From: Rhina ancylostomus
Lineage: Eukaryota
NCBI GenBank assembly: GCA_030265395.1
Contig: JARFYF010000036.1
Span: 29,136,858 to 29,200,857 of the forward strand
Direction of reading: 5' to 3'
DNA: 64,000 bases
Position numbers and translations under genes: made by a program
The notes under the pieces: model-generated
What the model was told of the DNA's origin: nothing
Databases searched by the model: none
What the model saw: the letters and a program-made list of their open reading frames with translations, nothing else
Part shown: piece after piece, positions 38,103-51,304 of the stretch
Position numbering within the stretch: position 1 is the stretch's first letter
Layout: each line of letters starts with the position of its first letter

Positions 38103-38353
38103 ATTACTCTCAACAATCCATACGTGGATTGCAGTGACAGTCACAGTTATTGTTTCTCATCCATCGATAGAGAAAACACGCAGGCTGGTGTCTCTCTCTC
38201 TCATTCTTCTGTCTCTCTCTCTCCTTCAGACTGATTCCGACTGGTTGTTTCAACAACAACGTCATGACGTTCTTTATCTTCTGTTGACGTAAGCATGCAA
38301 CACACACACACAATCTTAAAGGAACTTCACTAATTGTAACTTAGTCCGTAACA
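38103..38353 (-). mobile_element. Probable (solo) LTR of a Gypsy-type retrotransposon; other end lost in 100-N gap
   Basis: The minus strand begins TGTTACGG (LTR-type TG terminus). CpGs are retained relative to the flanks, and there are CRE-like TGACGT sites and (GA)/(GT) tracts. It resembles LTR-like repeats I recall from ray genomes (unverified). Confidence 0.55.
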
Positions 38354-41049
38354 CATGATGCAACAAAGCAAAGAGTGTCTTGTACAGAGCTCAGTCCTTG
38401 CTTGTGTGGAGTGAATTTCAAGTTACACATAATCAAGAACAAATTGGTATCTTGAGCTACCACTGCCTTTCCTTAGATGTTCTGAATCACATTCTAGTTC
38501 AATGACCAATCTGAATAATGTATATACCCTTGTCAAGCCTTTAGTTGTATGTAATACAAGTACTGTTCAAATATCACCAAACTATCAGCACAAAACTGAC
38601 TCTGTATCATTTGCTTCACAAACCAAAGAATTGTAAAACTTATGTGGTTTGAACTAAGTTTCAGTTAGGTGATCAGCATTCCAGGAAGATCAAAGAAAGG
38701 TCCTTGGCCTTTGATTGAAAAAATGCTTTGAAGTGCCACTTTTCTTGGCAAGTATACTTTGGCTCAATAATGTCCAAGGAGCAAAGATGCTCTCCCTCTT
38801 TAGATTTACAGTCATGGTCTCCTCCTCACATGTACGGAATCAGCATTATCTCCAAATGACAGGAATTCTGTCCAAATCACCTTCTTTAGCTGATTCTGCT
38901 GACTTTGCTGTGCCAGGTGGTACAATATGGCAGTTAAGGCAATGTTTGTGCAGAAGGCAGCAGGTCTGCTGGGCATTGAGTTTTTTTAGTGCAGAATTAA
39001 CATGTGCCTTGTGATTGAGCCAGATCTACATTTAGTTAGAAGGAACTAGGTCACCATAATTCAATCTTTACGATAACATATCCTCACAGATAAATAAAGC
39101 ATAACTGTACATTAAAACATTTTAATTATACATTGGCCAGCAATATATAACCTAGATGTTGAAACCATGGAGGAATGGGGTATTTGGTTGAAAAGGGGTA
39201 CAATTATAAAAATGATTAGATTCTTTATAGAATTAGAGTGGGGAATGGCAGAGCTGGGGTAAAACAAGGGGTGGGTTTTGGTCTAAAGTCAGAGGAGTGT
39301 AGATGAACAAATTTCTCTGAAAGGGGAAACAACATAAAATGTTTGGGGACCTCTGGTTTAAGTGGTATGAGTTTATGATGTCAATCAATTTTTGAAAAAC
39401 CAAACATTGTTGATTTACAGCATTGTCAGTATTTATTTATAAGAAGAGCCTGTAAGATGACCGAAACTTTGCATTTCCAGTAACCTGCAGGGTTGCAGTT
39501 GTGTAAACTTCCTCCTATGCCCATAGGTAGAGCTTGTCATCCAGTCATTTCATACTGGAGATATAATTTCTTCTATGTGAAATTTTAATGAAAGATTTAT
39601 CCACTATCACTGGAAGCTAATGATGGATTACTAAAAGAATGTCTCCCACAGGAGAGGTGAATGTAGTGTCTCCCTTGAGTTCTATTTTATGGCCTGGAAA
39701 CAGTTGTGCTGCCTTTGTTGTGTTTATTGCAGTCAGCTGCAGAGCAACCTGCTCCCCATGCCTTCAGACCATTATTGCACAAGGATAATTACCTGCCAAA
39801 AATTCAAACTCTTACTTTCGTTAACTTTCGCCAAGTTGCTGGTCCAGCAGAATTTCTTCACTTTCGTTGGTGCCAAAATTTCATCTCCTGTTTGTCAGGA
39901 TACTGATTGTGCTGCTTCACATTTTGATGACTTAAAATTTCTTTAAGGAGATTCCATTTTGTGAGTTTTGATACAAAATGCTGGATAGATGATTTTTAAG
40001 CTGAAGCAAAGTATGTAATAGATATTTATCTGCCTGATGCCTATAAAAGTCATCTTTATGACTTGATGCCTTGTTCATCTTCAGTGTACCTTGAAACCAT
40101 ATTATTAAATACTTGTACCATTGCTGCCCTTGGTTGTTAATGTTTACAGTAAAATACCCCAAATACCTCAGCTATAAGTGTAAAAGAATTACAGTGTGCA
40201 CCAAAACCATTTTATTTTTCTCAGTAGTTTACCAAGTGTGCTTACTGAATGCAGAGATCATTGCCTAATAAATTTTGTATGTGTTAGTGTAGAGAAGGAA
40301 CCCAAGAGAAATGCCCATAACACATGCAAACTTCTTAACTGAGTAGCAGGAAATGTGGACATATTTTTAATAGTGTCAGTTTGACTTGCAGGCAGATGCT
40401 GCAGAAGCAGGATTTTGCTGCAGAGCAGCAGTGCGCAGAATCAAGAGCCTTGGATTCATACTGCACAAGTATTGGCAAACTAACAATTAACCTGTATGAA
40501 ATTGATTTGCTTGCTTCTTTGACACAGTCATTAACCTGCTTGACTTCTAAAAATAATATTCTCATTATATAACCTCAAGGTCAAAGTTGTCCCTGAGGTC
40601 TGCCAGATGTGAAAAAGTCTGACAACTTGATTCAAACCACTTGATTTACAAAGTCTATAATATTGAGGTGTGTACGCAATTTAAAGAAACCTTCTAATTT
40701 CTCCCTGCTTCAGGTGTAGAATCTGGGATTTGTTTAGCCAATCCACATTTTAAAAAAGGTTACTTGGATTATCCCTACAAAATGGCAGAGAGTTTGTTTA
40801 CGGCAGATTAGAAAGCTTTTCAAACATTCTAATATGGAAGGGAGAATAAATATAAATTGTTTCACAAAAAAATGTAAGCAGTTTTGGATCAAAAATCTTT
40901 TATTATCTAAATTATGTATTTTAAATCATTCAAAATATTGATTGGAATGGAACTGTATCTGTTATTCATTAATGTTTAAAACGAACTAACAATGTTAAAT
41001 AAATACCATTCATATAAACATGGCTAAGACTGTAACATACTGATCTGGC

Positions 41050-41220
41050 TTTTACACTTTACTCTGTATTCTGTTATAGTTCTTACCCTGTACTACCTCA
41101 ATGCACTCTGTACTAAACCAGTGTATCTTCACTGTGCATGAATTGATCTGTACGAATGGTATACAAGACAAGTTTTTCACTGTACCTTGGTACAAATGAC
41201 AATAATGAACCAACACCAAA
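41050..41220 (+). mobile_element. Rex1/Babar-type LINE 3' UTR fragment
   Basis: acactttactctgtattctgttat...caagacaagtttttcactgtaccttggtacaaatgacaataatgaaccaacaccaa closely matches the reverse complement of 26548-26740. Confidence 0.8.
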
Positions 41221-42004
41221 TTGTTCCTTGGTGGGATAATTTTCATTACCCACTGTTTAACTGTTTGAGCATTGGAATCTCATTTACCAAATGGCTTCAT
41301 ATTTTATTTAGTTCATTCTGGAGAAAATAAAGAGTTGCATGATATTTGTGTTCTGATTTTTCCAATTGTATCTATCTCAGTACTTATACCATTCTCCAGT
41401 TGAGAAGTGTTCAGGTGAACTGATAACTGTCCCCTCACAATATCAACCAAGCAGCACCAAGAATTGTTTTAAAGTCCATGAGAAGTTTCAACCCATTCTC
41501 ATTCATTGTAAAGAGTTGTGCCAGTTGTTTTTCTTGGTCATGTAGCATCACCTGTGAAAACAATAAACAAAAATGGGGCTATTAATTGAGGAATAGTCAG
41601 CACCACTTGAAGTCCATTGAGGATCCTGCTCATTGAATTCAACCGACTTCATCAGACTCAAGGGAATGGAAATCATCCCAAAGAAAAGAATCTTTCTAAT
41701 TTTCTTATCGCTGTTAGTTAAAACAAAAACAAATTTAAAACAGTTACCAGGTATCTTTTGTGCCACTTTCAGCTCTTTGACATGTAAAACTGCAAGCATT
41801 TCCAACTCAATGGGCATTTATCAATAGGCCAATGAAATAAAGTTTTTATTTCCTGAGGTCTTGCCAAAGAATTTGGCCAAGAAGCAAAGGTGCTGAATGC
41901 ATGTCCCTTCATCTGGTACTTTAAAACTAACCAGCTGGTATGTTTTTTTGATATTTTGTATTGGAATAATTTGCACTTGCTGGCTTTAGCTTAGAACATT
42001 GTTT

Positions 42005-42325
42005 TGTCCTGGGATGTTGAGGTGGAGCGACTGACACCAGAGTGGCTGAGAAGGATAGGAGGAGAGATGAAGTAAAAAAAAAGTGATTTTAATAGTTTGT
42101 TGGTTGCAGGATGGAAGGACAATTTAAGGGCTTGAGAAATTAGTGGAGATTGAGGAAATAATTTTGATTTCTACCCATTAGATACAGAATGCAAGGACGG
42201 GATGTAACCAGCGACACTTGGAGAAAGAAAGAACTGATGATTATGGCAGTGTTGACAAAATACAATTCAGAAAGGTTGAGAGGAAGAACGGTTTGAACCT
42301 AGATGTCAGCAAAGAATGTTTGACA
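42005..42325 (-). mobile_element. Possible old L2-like RT fragment
   Basis: Purine-rich stretch. cagtgttgacaaaatacaattcagaaaggttgagagg weakly resembles the reverse of the L2 LLDLSAAFDTVDH region. Confidence 0.3.
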
Positions 42326-43389
42326 ACAAAGTTTTCTTTTCAATTCTACCCAACTATTCTCTATACAAACACTTTCCCAAAAATGGGTCTGGTATTTCAG
42401 TAATTAAGCTGGAATTTATTTTATAGATCATTTAAGACTTGCAGTGGAAAGCTTGTGATTGTTACAAAAGAGGATATTTTGTGTATTGGAAAGAGGCTGA
42501 TGGCTCTTAACATTCTGCTTCCAAATGAAGAATGGGTGAATGATTGTCATGCAGTAGCTGCTAATAGATTTTCTTTTTTGGGTTCTACAGCCATGTGTTC
42601 TTTGAAAAGGTGCAGTCAAGTTCCTCGCTGTCTTTATAATTCTTAGATGCATCACACACAGGTTCTGGGAAATACAGTAGATGTAGGATTTGAGTATATT
42701 CCTGTCATCATAGATTCTCCTGCAGTGCAATGATCATGACAGATTTCTATTTGGACCAAAGATGACAGGAACAAAATGTTATGTTCAAAAATGTATGATG
42801 TCATACCTTCAGTGGTTCGGTTCATAAGGCTGCTGGCTTGTATGGAACAGGGCTAAAACAAAAGTTGCAGGCTTTCTTCCCATCAGGCAATCTCAGCCAG
42901 AGTAATGACATTGCTACAGCAGGCTTCTGCATGCATACATGAAGGAGCAGAGAAAACTCCCCCCTCTTGATTGTTCTCCAGTGACTTCAGAAGATATGTG
43001 CAATCATCAGGTGATCACAGTTTGAGGACCAGCTGGTATTCTTCTTCACTAAATAATATGCTGGGAATTCCTTCACTGCATGAAATGAAATGGTTCATCA
43101 TCATCTTCCCAAAGACATTTAGGCTGAGTGTTAATTCCCCTCTTTCCACTGACACACACAGCCTGGGTATGAATAAAAAGATCAGACATGAACTGTAATC
43201 CCTCAGGTGAAATACTAAGAGGTAATTAGCATCTATGTAACATTGCCCCAATGTGAGCTGCCAACTCAACAAAGAAGACGAGGAAAATTAGAGAGAAAAT
43301 GAAGTAAAAATCTTGGGAATATTTGGAATAGAATTAAGAACCATGCTGCACAGTAAACCCATCGATCTCCTATCAAAACACAATAAAAA

Positions 43390-43640
43390 GAGGCAGCATT
43401 TGTATAGCACCTTTCATTATGCAGGATGTTGTGAAATGCTTTTCATTTGATGAAGTACCTTTAAAGTAAAAGAAAATATGGCAGTTGATTTGTGGATGGT
43501 GAAGTCCGACAAGTGACAATGTGATGATGACAAGATTATTTCTTCTTGTAATATTGATTGAGGCATAAATATTGGCAGGCACAATGGATAAGCTCTCTCC
43601 TTTCAAATAATATCAAACAATATTTTGTCTCTGCCCTGGA
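43390..43640 (-). mobile_element. DeuSINE (SacSINE1-like) relic, copy 1 of a tandem pair
   Basis: gcatttgtatagcacctttcat..caggatg..atgaagtacctttaaagt..caatgtgatgatgacaagattat..ttgattgaggcataaatattggc matches the recalled reverse-complement consensus. Confidence 0.6.
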
Positions 43641-43814
43641 AGCATACAAAGCTTGCAGTTAAGGATGCAGAGATTCTGCTTCAGCAAACTCTCAGATTTT
43701 TCCGAAGGGTATTCCAAATGAATTTTAATGAATTCAGTAAATTGAAATTTTAGAAGTAGAGTGCAACTTTCCACCGATCTTATTACAGGTGAATAAAGTT
43801 GAATTTCTGCTCTT

Positions 43815-44105
43815 TCTTTCCATGTAGCACCCTCAGGTCATCCCAAAAGATTTCACACCAATGACATCTGGTGGGGGGTTTAATATGTTTTGCGGCTCTC
43901 AGTTGAGAGAAATAAGAGTTCCCTTTTAAATGCCGTAGGATCCTCATATTCATTGTGAATAGGTAGTCTCAGATGAATATTGCGTCAAAAAGACAGGATG
44001 CTATTGACAGACTAGTGCCTCATGGATGTTCCATGGGAGCAAGATATGTGTTTAAATTCTGCAGAGTATATTTTGACTGTGGTAAAAGTGTTACTTTTGA
44101 GTCAT
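43815..44105 (-). mobile_element. DeuSINE (SacSINE1-like) relic, copy 2
   Basis: atgtagcaccctcaggtcatcccaaaagatttcacaccaatga..tgccgtaggatc..aaaagacagg..gatatgtgtttaaattct. Confidence 0.45.
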
Positions 44106-44603
44106 GAAGAGAAGAGGTTTGACAATGTTTGGGTTACTGTTTAAAAGGAAGTATCTGTGACTGTCTTGATGGGGAGGAAAATCGAGAAGGTAAACGTGGA
44201 ATCTAGATTTTAATTAAACCTGTGATGGGCCAGGCAATTGAGACAAAAATTCAAAAGGGTTAAAGTTGGAACTAATAAGTGAAAGTTATAAATGAGATCA
44301 CAGCGTATCATATCCTCCCAGGTACAGTGGGAAGTCAGAGACCTTGAAGTCATTTAATAGCCATCCAACAAAGAGATGTGTGTCATTTTTTTGTAAATTG
44401 CTTCCCTTGGCATAACCTAATCTGTTAATTTAAGGTATAATAAAGTACAAAGGAGTGGTTTATTAGCAAGTATTAAAAATTTGTCACAACAAGCATTTTC
44501 TTTGCCAACTAAAATTATGACTGTAATTACGAAGGACATATGTGTGCTGTTATTTTGTGGTACCAAGTAGACAAATGTGATAATTGCAGGAGAGCACCTA
44601 CTG

Positions 44604-44676
44604 TGATCTGTCCCTGGTGCTGCAGAACATTTTAAATTTGAATCTTCACCTGCAGCGGGCTGTCCATGGTGTTACA
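44604..44676 (-). promoter_or_regulatory. Two tandem RE1/NRSE-like (REST) sites
   Basis: Minus-strand TGCAGCACCAGGGACAG has 1 mismatch to NTYAGMRCCNNRGMSAG and TGTAACACCATGGACAG has 2. They are 52 bp apart in the same orientation. Confidence 0.4.
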
Positions 44677-46943
44677 AGCTGCCTTACCAAGCAGCTCTGT
44701 AAATAACATTGCAGACACACCTTCATCTATTAATGTGTCACTTCAAAAAATAGCAGCAGTTAATTTTTAACAAGAATTAAGAAATAAGAAAAAGTTGAAA
44801 TTAATGTATTTATTGAGCTGTAATGTTAACAAGATGTCCAAAATAAATTTTTCCACAAGGGAGCATAAAACCAACATGAAATTTAATCTTCTTGTGCCTA
44901 TTTTTGAATGTAAAATGGCTGTGATGTGGGCTAATTGTAGGTCCTAATATCTTGGCTGTCTGAAAGTGACACAAGCCAATATTTCAGGTGGCCCTGGTGA
45001 TCACATAAAACAGTCCATTTGCAAACATAAACAACTATCATGGAGAAAACAAGTTTCTTCGACTTTTTAAGATTGCTAGGTGACTACTATCAAGAGAAAG
45101 GTGATTTGTACATGTAAAATTTTCACAAGACACAGATCTGAGGGGGGCAGTCTTCTCTACCTCTTACCCCATTTCCCTCCCTACAGTGCTGATGTGGACC
45201 ACCTCAAGAACTCTTGTGGACTTTGCTGGAAAGCTTAATAGGCTAAAAAGGAATTTGTCTAAAACAACCAAACACCAATAAAAATGGACCTTGCAGGAGC
45301 AGCATTAATATTAATGATGCCTGGGGTCCTATTTCAAGCTGACCCTGGGCCCACAGGTTGAGCAGGTTTTGTTGCCGCTTCTATGCTTTTGAGCTTGAAA
45401 CTAGGCACCAGTGATATAATTTCCCATTGTTGCTGGATCTCACGTTACATCACATTGTTAGGAAAATGTGTTGCATTTATTAAATACGAAATACTTTCTT
45501 TTCAGAAATAACTGTCAAGTACTGTTAGAGAATAAGGGATTAGCTTCTATCCTGGGTATGGCATTGATTTGGTGGAAATAAGTCATGCAATTTTACCAGC
45601 CTTTCATTCATGGTTTTTATTTGCCTAATAAGTAACCTGCTCACATCTGTTCCTGTTGTAGAACAAGGATCCACAGCTGTCTCTCCTGCCTTATTAATGC
45701 AGTTGGTCAGGAGATGTATTGCTTGGCATGGGAGCCCAGATCAGGGAGTTGGTAATGATATTTGTTCATTCTGACTGAGTATTTTCTTCAAAATGTTGGT
45801 GAGTCATTTACACTAAGAGAGGAAACAATCATACAGAATGAGTAGAAACAAGTGACAAATATGGACTCTATGACATTTCGGGATGATTAATCAGAACAAA
45901 TTACGAGCTGTATTTTCATCTGAGCATGCTCAGTGTAAGATTGGAAAGCAGTGGTTCTAATAGAGGAGAAAAAGGTCAAAGAAAAGCAGAGCAGCAAATG
46001 AAGAACATCAAGCTGATTGCTCAGTGGCAGTGATACTGAAACTCATCAGTAAGGTAAATCTAATATTCATAAAATAAGGATATAAACAGGGCACTCTTCC
46101 AATTCAGCCGCAGAAGGAATGAATTTCAGTGGCTATGCTTAAATTATTTTTGAGATGGAGCTGACTAATTTCATCAGTACTTGATGTTTAAAGGGATAAT
46201 CTTACCAACCTGTTCTGCCCATTCTGGGAGTCATGCCCAAGCCAGTTTTGATGATAAATTTGGCATGCTTCAAAGACTAGGGAATTATGAGGATGCACAG
46301 CCCAATACATTTATTTGTGCTGCTGTGGTTGATAATCCTCCATAAAATGACCTCAAAAACATTACATTTAAGTGAGATTATTCATGCGATTTTTTTTGCC
46401 CATTCACTGCATTTCAAGGTCAAATGTTTGATGTGTTCACAGAAAAGTTCTGCAAATTTATTTTCTTTTCATCACCCCATTTAGTAAATTAGCTTCTGAC
46501 TGCAGCTGGAGCCTGACCCAACCAGCCAATCCTTCCTTGTGCATCAGTGACATAAGTGTAAACTTGAGATTTAATCAAGGGATGGCAATGTGCTGGGGTA
46601 GGGTGGGGGCGAGTGAGGTGCAGGAGGAAGACATCCTTGTCAAACCCAGTGTAGCCTTCATCCAATATTCCACCTGTGTACATGATTAAGCAGCAGTCAC
46701 TAGTAATCAGGGAGGGAAGCCGTGGGCTGACGGTTTTATTTTTAGTCCCCTTCCTTGAACTTATGAACTAATTGCAGCATCACTGTCTCTGCCCCTGTTG
46801 AGATCAGCCAATAGCATAGAACATGGCTTGAACCTGGAATATTTGTGATCTTTATGCCTGGGATTCAAGCTGAACAGTGTCAATATGTGGCTTATGTAAT
46901 ATTGGATGAGTGGCAATTTAAGAATGGCGCCATGTGACCAATT

Positions 46944-46948
<5 letters not shown>

Positions 46949-46994
<46 letters not shown>
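46949..46994. repeat. (GT)23 microsatellite
   Basis: Perfect GT dinucleotide run. Confidence 0.98.
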
Positions 46995-46998
<4 letters not shown>

Positions 46999-47169
46999 GT
47001 TGGTATAGAAAGGACTTGGACTGGTTTGTCTGACTGGTAGTGGGCATACATGAGATTCTCTCACTCTCCCTCACTAGCTCTCTTGTTCACTTACCCATGT
47101 GTTCTCTCACTCTCCACATTCTTTTTATTTTAATAATGTAAATTTGTTCATTTATTTGAGTCAGCAACT

Positions 47170-48215
47170 ATTTGCAGTATTATGGAGAGAAATACCATCA
47201 CAGGCAATGTATCCAAACATATAGACATCTGGGAGCTTATTCCGTATCATGGAAAATGATGAAAAGAATGCAATGAATGCTGTCCATGTTAATTTTCTGG
47301 AGACACTTCACAAAGTCCCACCTTAAAAGGCTAGTTAGCAAAATGGATGCCAATAGATAAAAGGGTTGTAGAAATGTTAGATTAAGGCCAGAAAACAGAA
47401 AGTCAATGCACACGGTTGTTTTTCAGACTGAAGGGTGGTGGACAGTTAATCTCCCAGGAATTAGTGTTAGGAGTATGGTTTTTAATGTCTGTGTGAATGA
47501 TTTGAATCTGGGTGCACATGATAAAATTACAAGATTTGCTGATAATACAAATACTTGGAGATGTGCTAAACAATGAAGGTGTTAATAATGGGCAAGAGGA
47601 TATAGATTGGCTGGCAGAAGAGGCGGACAACTCGAAGATGAAATTTAATACAAAGAATTGTTAAGTGATACTTTTATTCAGAAAGAAGGAGAGACCATAA
47701 ATGACACAGGAACAGAGATAACTGGNNNNNNNNNNTGTCTATTTAACGCCTATTAGATTATTAGAAAAAGTAATAACAAGTTAATCAAAATGCTGTACCA
47801 ATAGTCCTATGATAATCCATACTTTAGTCTTTAATGGATTAATTATAGATTGTGTAATTATCACCTTAAAATCCTTACTTCATTATGGATCAGAAATAAT
47901 AACTGTTGATGTAGCATACCAAAGTAGGAAGGATATATTCAAGGATATTACACCCAATTCTAATTTCCACTTTTCAGAAAGGATGTGATTATCATTGAGA
48001 GGGTACAGTGAAGGTTTTTAAAAATATTTCAAGTTTCAGCAAAAGGTTTGTACAGGAGAGTGCACAAGATCATGATGGGGAGGATTGAGAGAAGCTGTTC
48101 ACATTGGTGGAAGGATCAAGATTCAGAGAAGATGGGCTCAAATAATGGGCTAAACAGAAGATGGAAAGAAAATCTTTTTTACATAGAGAATGGTTATGAT
48201 CTGGAATTCACTGGC
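47170..48215 (+). mobile_element. CR1 LINE RT to 3' fragment, old, interrupted by a gap and AT-rich filler
   Basis: Contains aaagtcccac (KVP), gtgaatgatttgaat (VNDLN), agatttgctgataataca (RFADNT), caagaggatatagattggctggcagaa (QEDIDWLAE), aggatgtgattatcattgagagggtacag and agagaatggttatgatctggaattcactg (RMVMIWNSL). Confidence 0.8.
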
Positions 48216-50920
48216 TGTAAGAATAAGCAAATGGCTGCTAGCCAGAGATGCCAGCAAGAAGTAAACATGATTCTGCCCATAATGTATGATCAAGGGGGAA
48301 TTAGGCACTATTTGGTGTTGTATTTTTTATGTCACAGTATTTTTCACATACTTGAATATGTCAGTGTATTATCACATGAATTTTTTTATGAGAAATACAT
48401 AATTATCTTGCAATTGATGTTATCAAAAAATACCACAGGTCAATGAATTAAATCTGAACATTTATAGTGATGCATAAAATGGGTCTTTCAGCCAGATGCC
48501 ATCACATAGCATGGAGTGCCTAATTGCTAGCCACAATACTATAATCTAGAATTTCAGTTTCCTTTATTATTTATGCTTGTATATTGACCACATTAAAGGT
48601 ATTTTCTTCAGAGAAAGCATATCTGCAATTCTCTTTCTCCTATTAGTTTATGTAAAATATGCTTCATTCATATTTTGGTACTCTTGGCACCCTCCTTAGC
48701 TTAACTTAGTGATGTGAACTTTGCACATCAAATGATGTTGATTCATTCTAATACCAAGTGCATGCAAGCTGATGTGGTAGAGAACTGCGACACATTGCCA
48801 GCTCCACAAGTGCTGTGAGATACACTTGGTTGCTTGTAATGGCATAAAGGAATGGAGGCCTCCTATTTTTTGTCAAATAGGGTGTAGGGCATTGCGTGCT
48901 GTGAAGGCTGTCTGTTAATCATCTTGTTTTATGCATGGATTTACTGAGGCTTTAATCTCACAACTACTATGTTATATTATCAATTTGCTCTTGAATTGCC
49001 TAGCGAGGTATTGTTGGTGCTTATCTTAAGGGATAACAATTGGTGAATTGGTTGGTGATGCTTTCTATTAGCAGTAGATGGCTCACTTCAACAAGAAGTC
49101 TGTACTTATTTATTAGGTTTGTATTATGAATGTTAGGATTCAATGTTTTATTGCAAGTTAACTGAATCCCAGTCATAGGCTTCCAAACCAGACACATTTA
49201 TGTGCATTCCATTAAAATAAAGCAAAGGCTAGTTTCCTTTTTGGAATTTCATGTTCACTAGGAGAAAATTGATCCAGACAGGTATCTAGAACTGATGCTA
49301 CCATATCAGTGCACCATAATTATCATTTGAACTGATATTTAGATCTACCTACCAATAGAGGATCAGTCTTTCTCCTCAGCTGAGATTATATTGTTGATTA
49401 CCAGTTTGTACACGCATGTTAAACTGGCCACAGGCATTTGGAGATCTCGATCCATTTAAACCTCAGCATCTTTACACCATCACAAGCAACCAAATGTTGC
49501 CTGACATTACATTTGTAGCTAACAATGAGTCACCATTCTTTGACGTACTAGCTTAGATGTAGTTAGAATAATCTGGCCTGCAAGAATGAATCAACCTTAT
49601 TTGATGTGCAAAGTTCACATCACCAAATTAAACACTGTGTCAAGAGGAATTATGAAGCAGGCCTATTTTAATTTAACTAATAACCAAAAGGCAGTTGCAT
49701 AAATCCTCTCTCAGAAGGAAGCATCATTAATCTGGTCAATACATAAAATGTAATTAATCTTGGAAACTACAATTCTAAATGACAATATTATTGTAGTTAA
49801 CAATTAAATATTTAGTCCGATGTGGTTCCTGCCAGTTGCAAGGCATGTTCAACATAAAATGCTAGAATTAATATTTTCTGCTTATGTTGGGCACATCCCT
49901 TAAAACCATTTACTCCAGGAAAGTGTGGCTGTTGGGAGCCGTGATTCAAACAGTGTGAAGCAGATGGTGTCACTTTTTTTTCTTTTTTCCTCCTTGTAGT
50001 TTTATGTTTCATTTTATTTCAAAGCTTGGGTTAAAATTGGTGAATTGGGCTGAGGTGACTTGCAATTCGAAGGCATAACCTCACATTGGATGGGTGTCAA
50101 GTGTAAAGTACTTTAATTATAGTTTCTTGGCAAATCTTATAATATTCTGTGAGCATTTGATGCTAAGATGTTTCCTTTTTTGTTGGGCATTTTTCTAAAT
50201 CTCAGTTCTCTGAAAATAAACAAAATGTCTTTGGAATAACTGGCATGGTCTGATCGACCAAATGAGGACCCTAAGTTCTGAAAGCCTAAATTTCTGAAAT
50301 TTTATGAAACTGAAGTAATAGCAATAGAAAACGTTAAGCTCTATCTCAACGATGACCTTTGTCAGACTGCCAGCTTGTGAATGAAATGTCCATTACTATA
50401 TAAGAATAAAATTAGAAACTGTGATAGAAGATAGTAAACTTTGAATTATTTGGGCAATTTAATATAAATTGATTCAAGAGGAAATGCCACTTGAAAAGCT
50501 TGGGGGAAACTGCATTTTTAAGTGATTTCCACAGCAAATATACCAAAAATATGTCAGACTATCAATTAATCTCAGTAGAAAATTACCCTTTCTTGGGAAT
50601 CGATTGTTCTAAATTCTTTTCTTACTAGATGTAGATAAATCAGTTAGGTTCTGAAACAACTTGCTTTCAATTTCAAATATGTAGTCACATTTTAGAGCTT
50701 TAGTTGAAGTCCAGAGCTATATTTGCTAATTGCATTTTCTTTAACAGCTCATATTTGACACTTTTTAAATGTTTCATTCTGCTTATGCCTTCTTTACTGC
50801 AGTATATGCAAGGACTGGAAGAATACGTGACCCAATTGCTTTGTTTGCCAGTGTTCTGGTGGAAGAATACAACTGAAGAGGTTTCTCTGCTGTACAAAAT
50901 TATTGTAAGAACATGATGTG

Positions 50921-51285
50921 AGAACTTAAGAAGTAGTAGCAGGAGTGGGTCATACTGCCCCTAGTGCCTGTAGTGACATTCAATAAGATCATGGCCAATC
51001 ACATAGCTCATATCTAAATTGCTGTCCAATCCCATCTTTTCTTGATTCCCTTAAGTGTTCAGAAATCTGCTGAATCAGTCTTGACTTCATTCATCTGCTG
51101 ATCATTTGTAGCCCTCTGAGTAAAGACGTGTCTTATCTTATTCTAACCTGAAATAAAGCATCTTAGCGTCTACCCTTTCAATCCATCTCAGGGCCTTGTC
51201 TGTTTCAATGCGATCACCTCTCATTTTCCTTAACACCAGTGAGTATAGTCTAATCTTAATCTCTCCTCATAAGACAACCCCTTAA
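50921..51285 (-). mobile_element. CR1 3' segment (tail to GLSYEE region)
   Basis: Tail is agaacttaagaagtagtagcaggagtgggtcat..cattcaataagatcatggc. gcgatcacctctcatt is the reverse of MRGDRI. The inner end is the reverse of ggggttgtcttatgaggagagatt. Confidence 0.8.
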
Positions 51286-51304
51286 CTTAGTCCTTCTTGA
51301 ATTA

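Noticed and set aside
45303-45316. Palindrome CATTAATATTAATG, and short stems such as gggccag-taat-ctggccc near 28717
   Set aside because: Expected by chance in 64 kb of AT-rich DNA.
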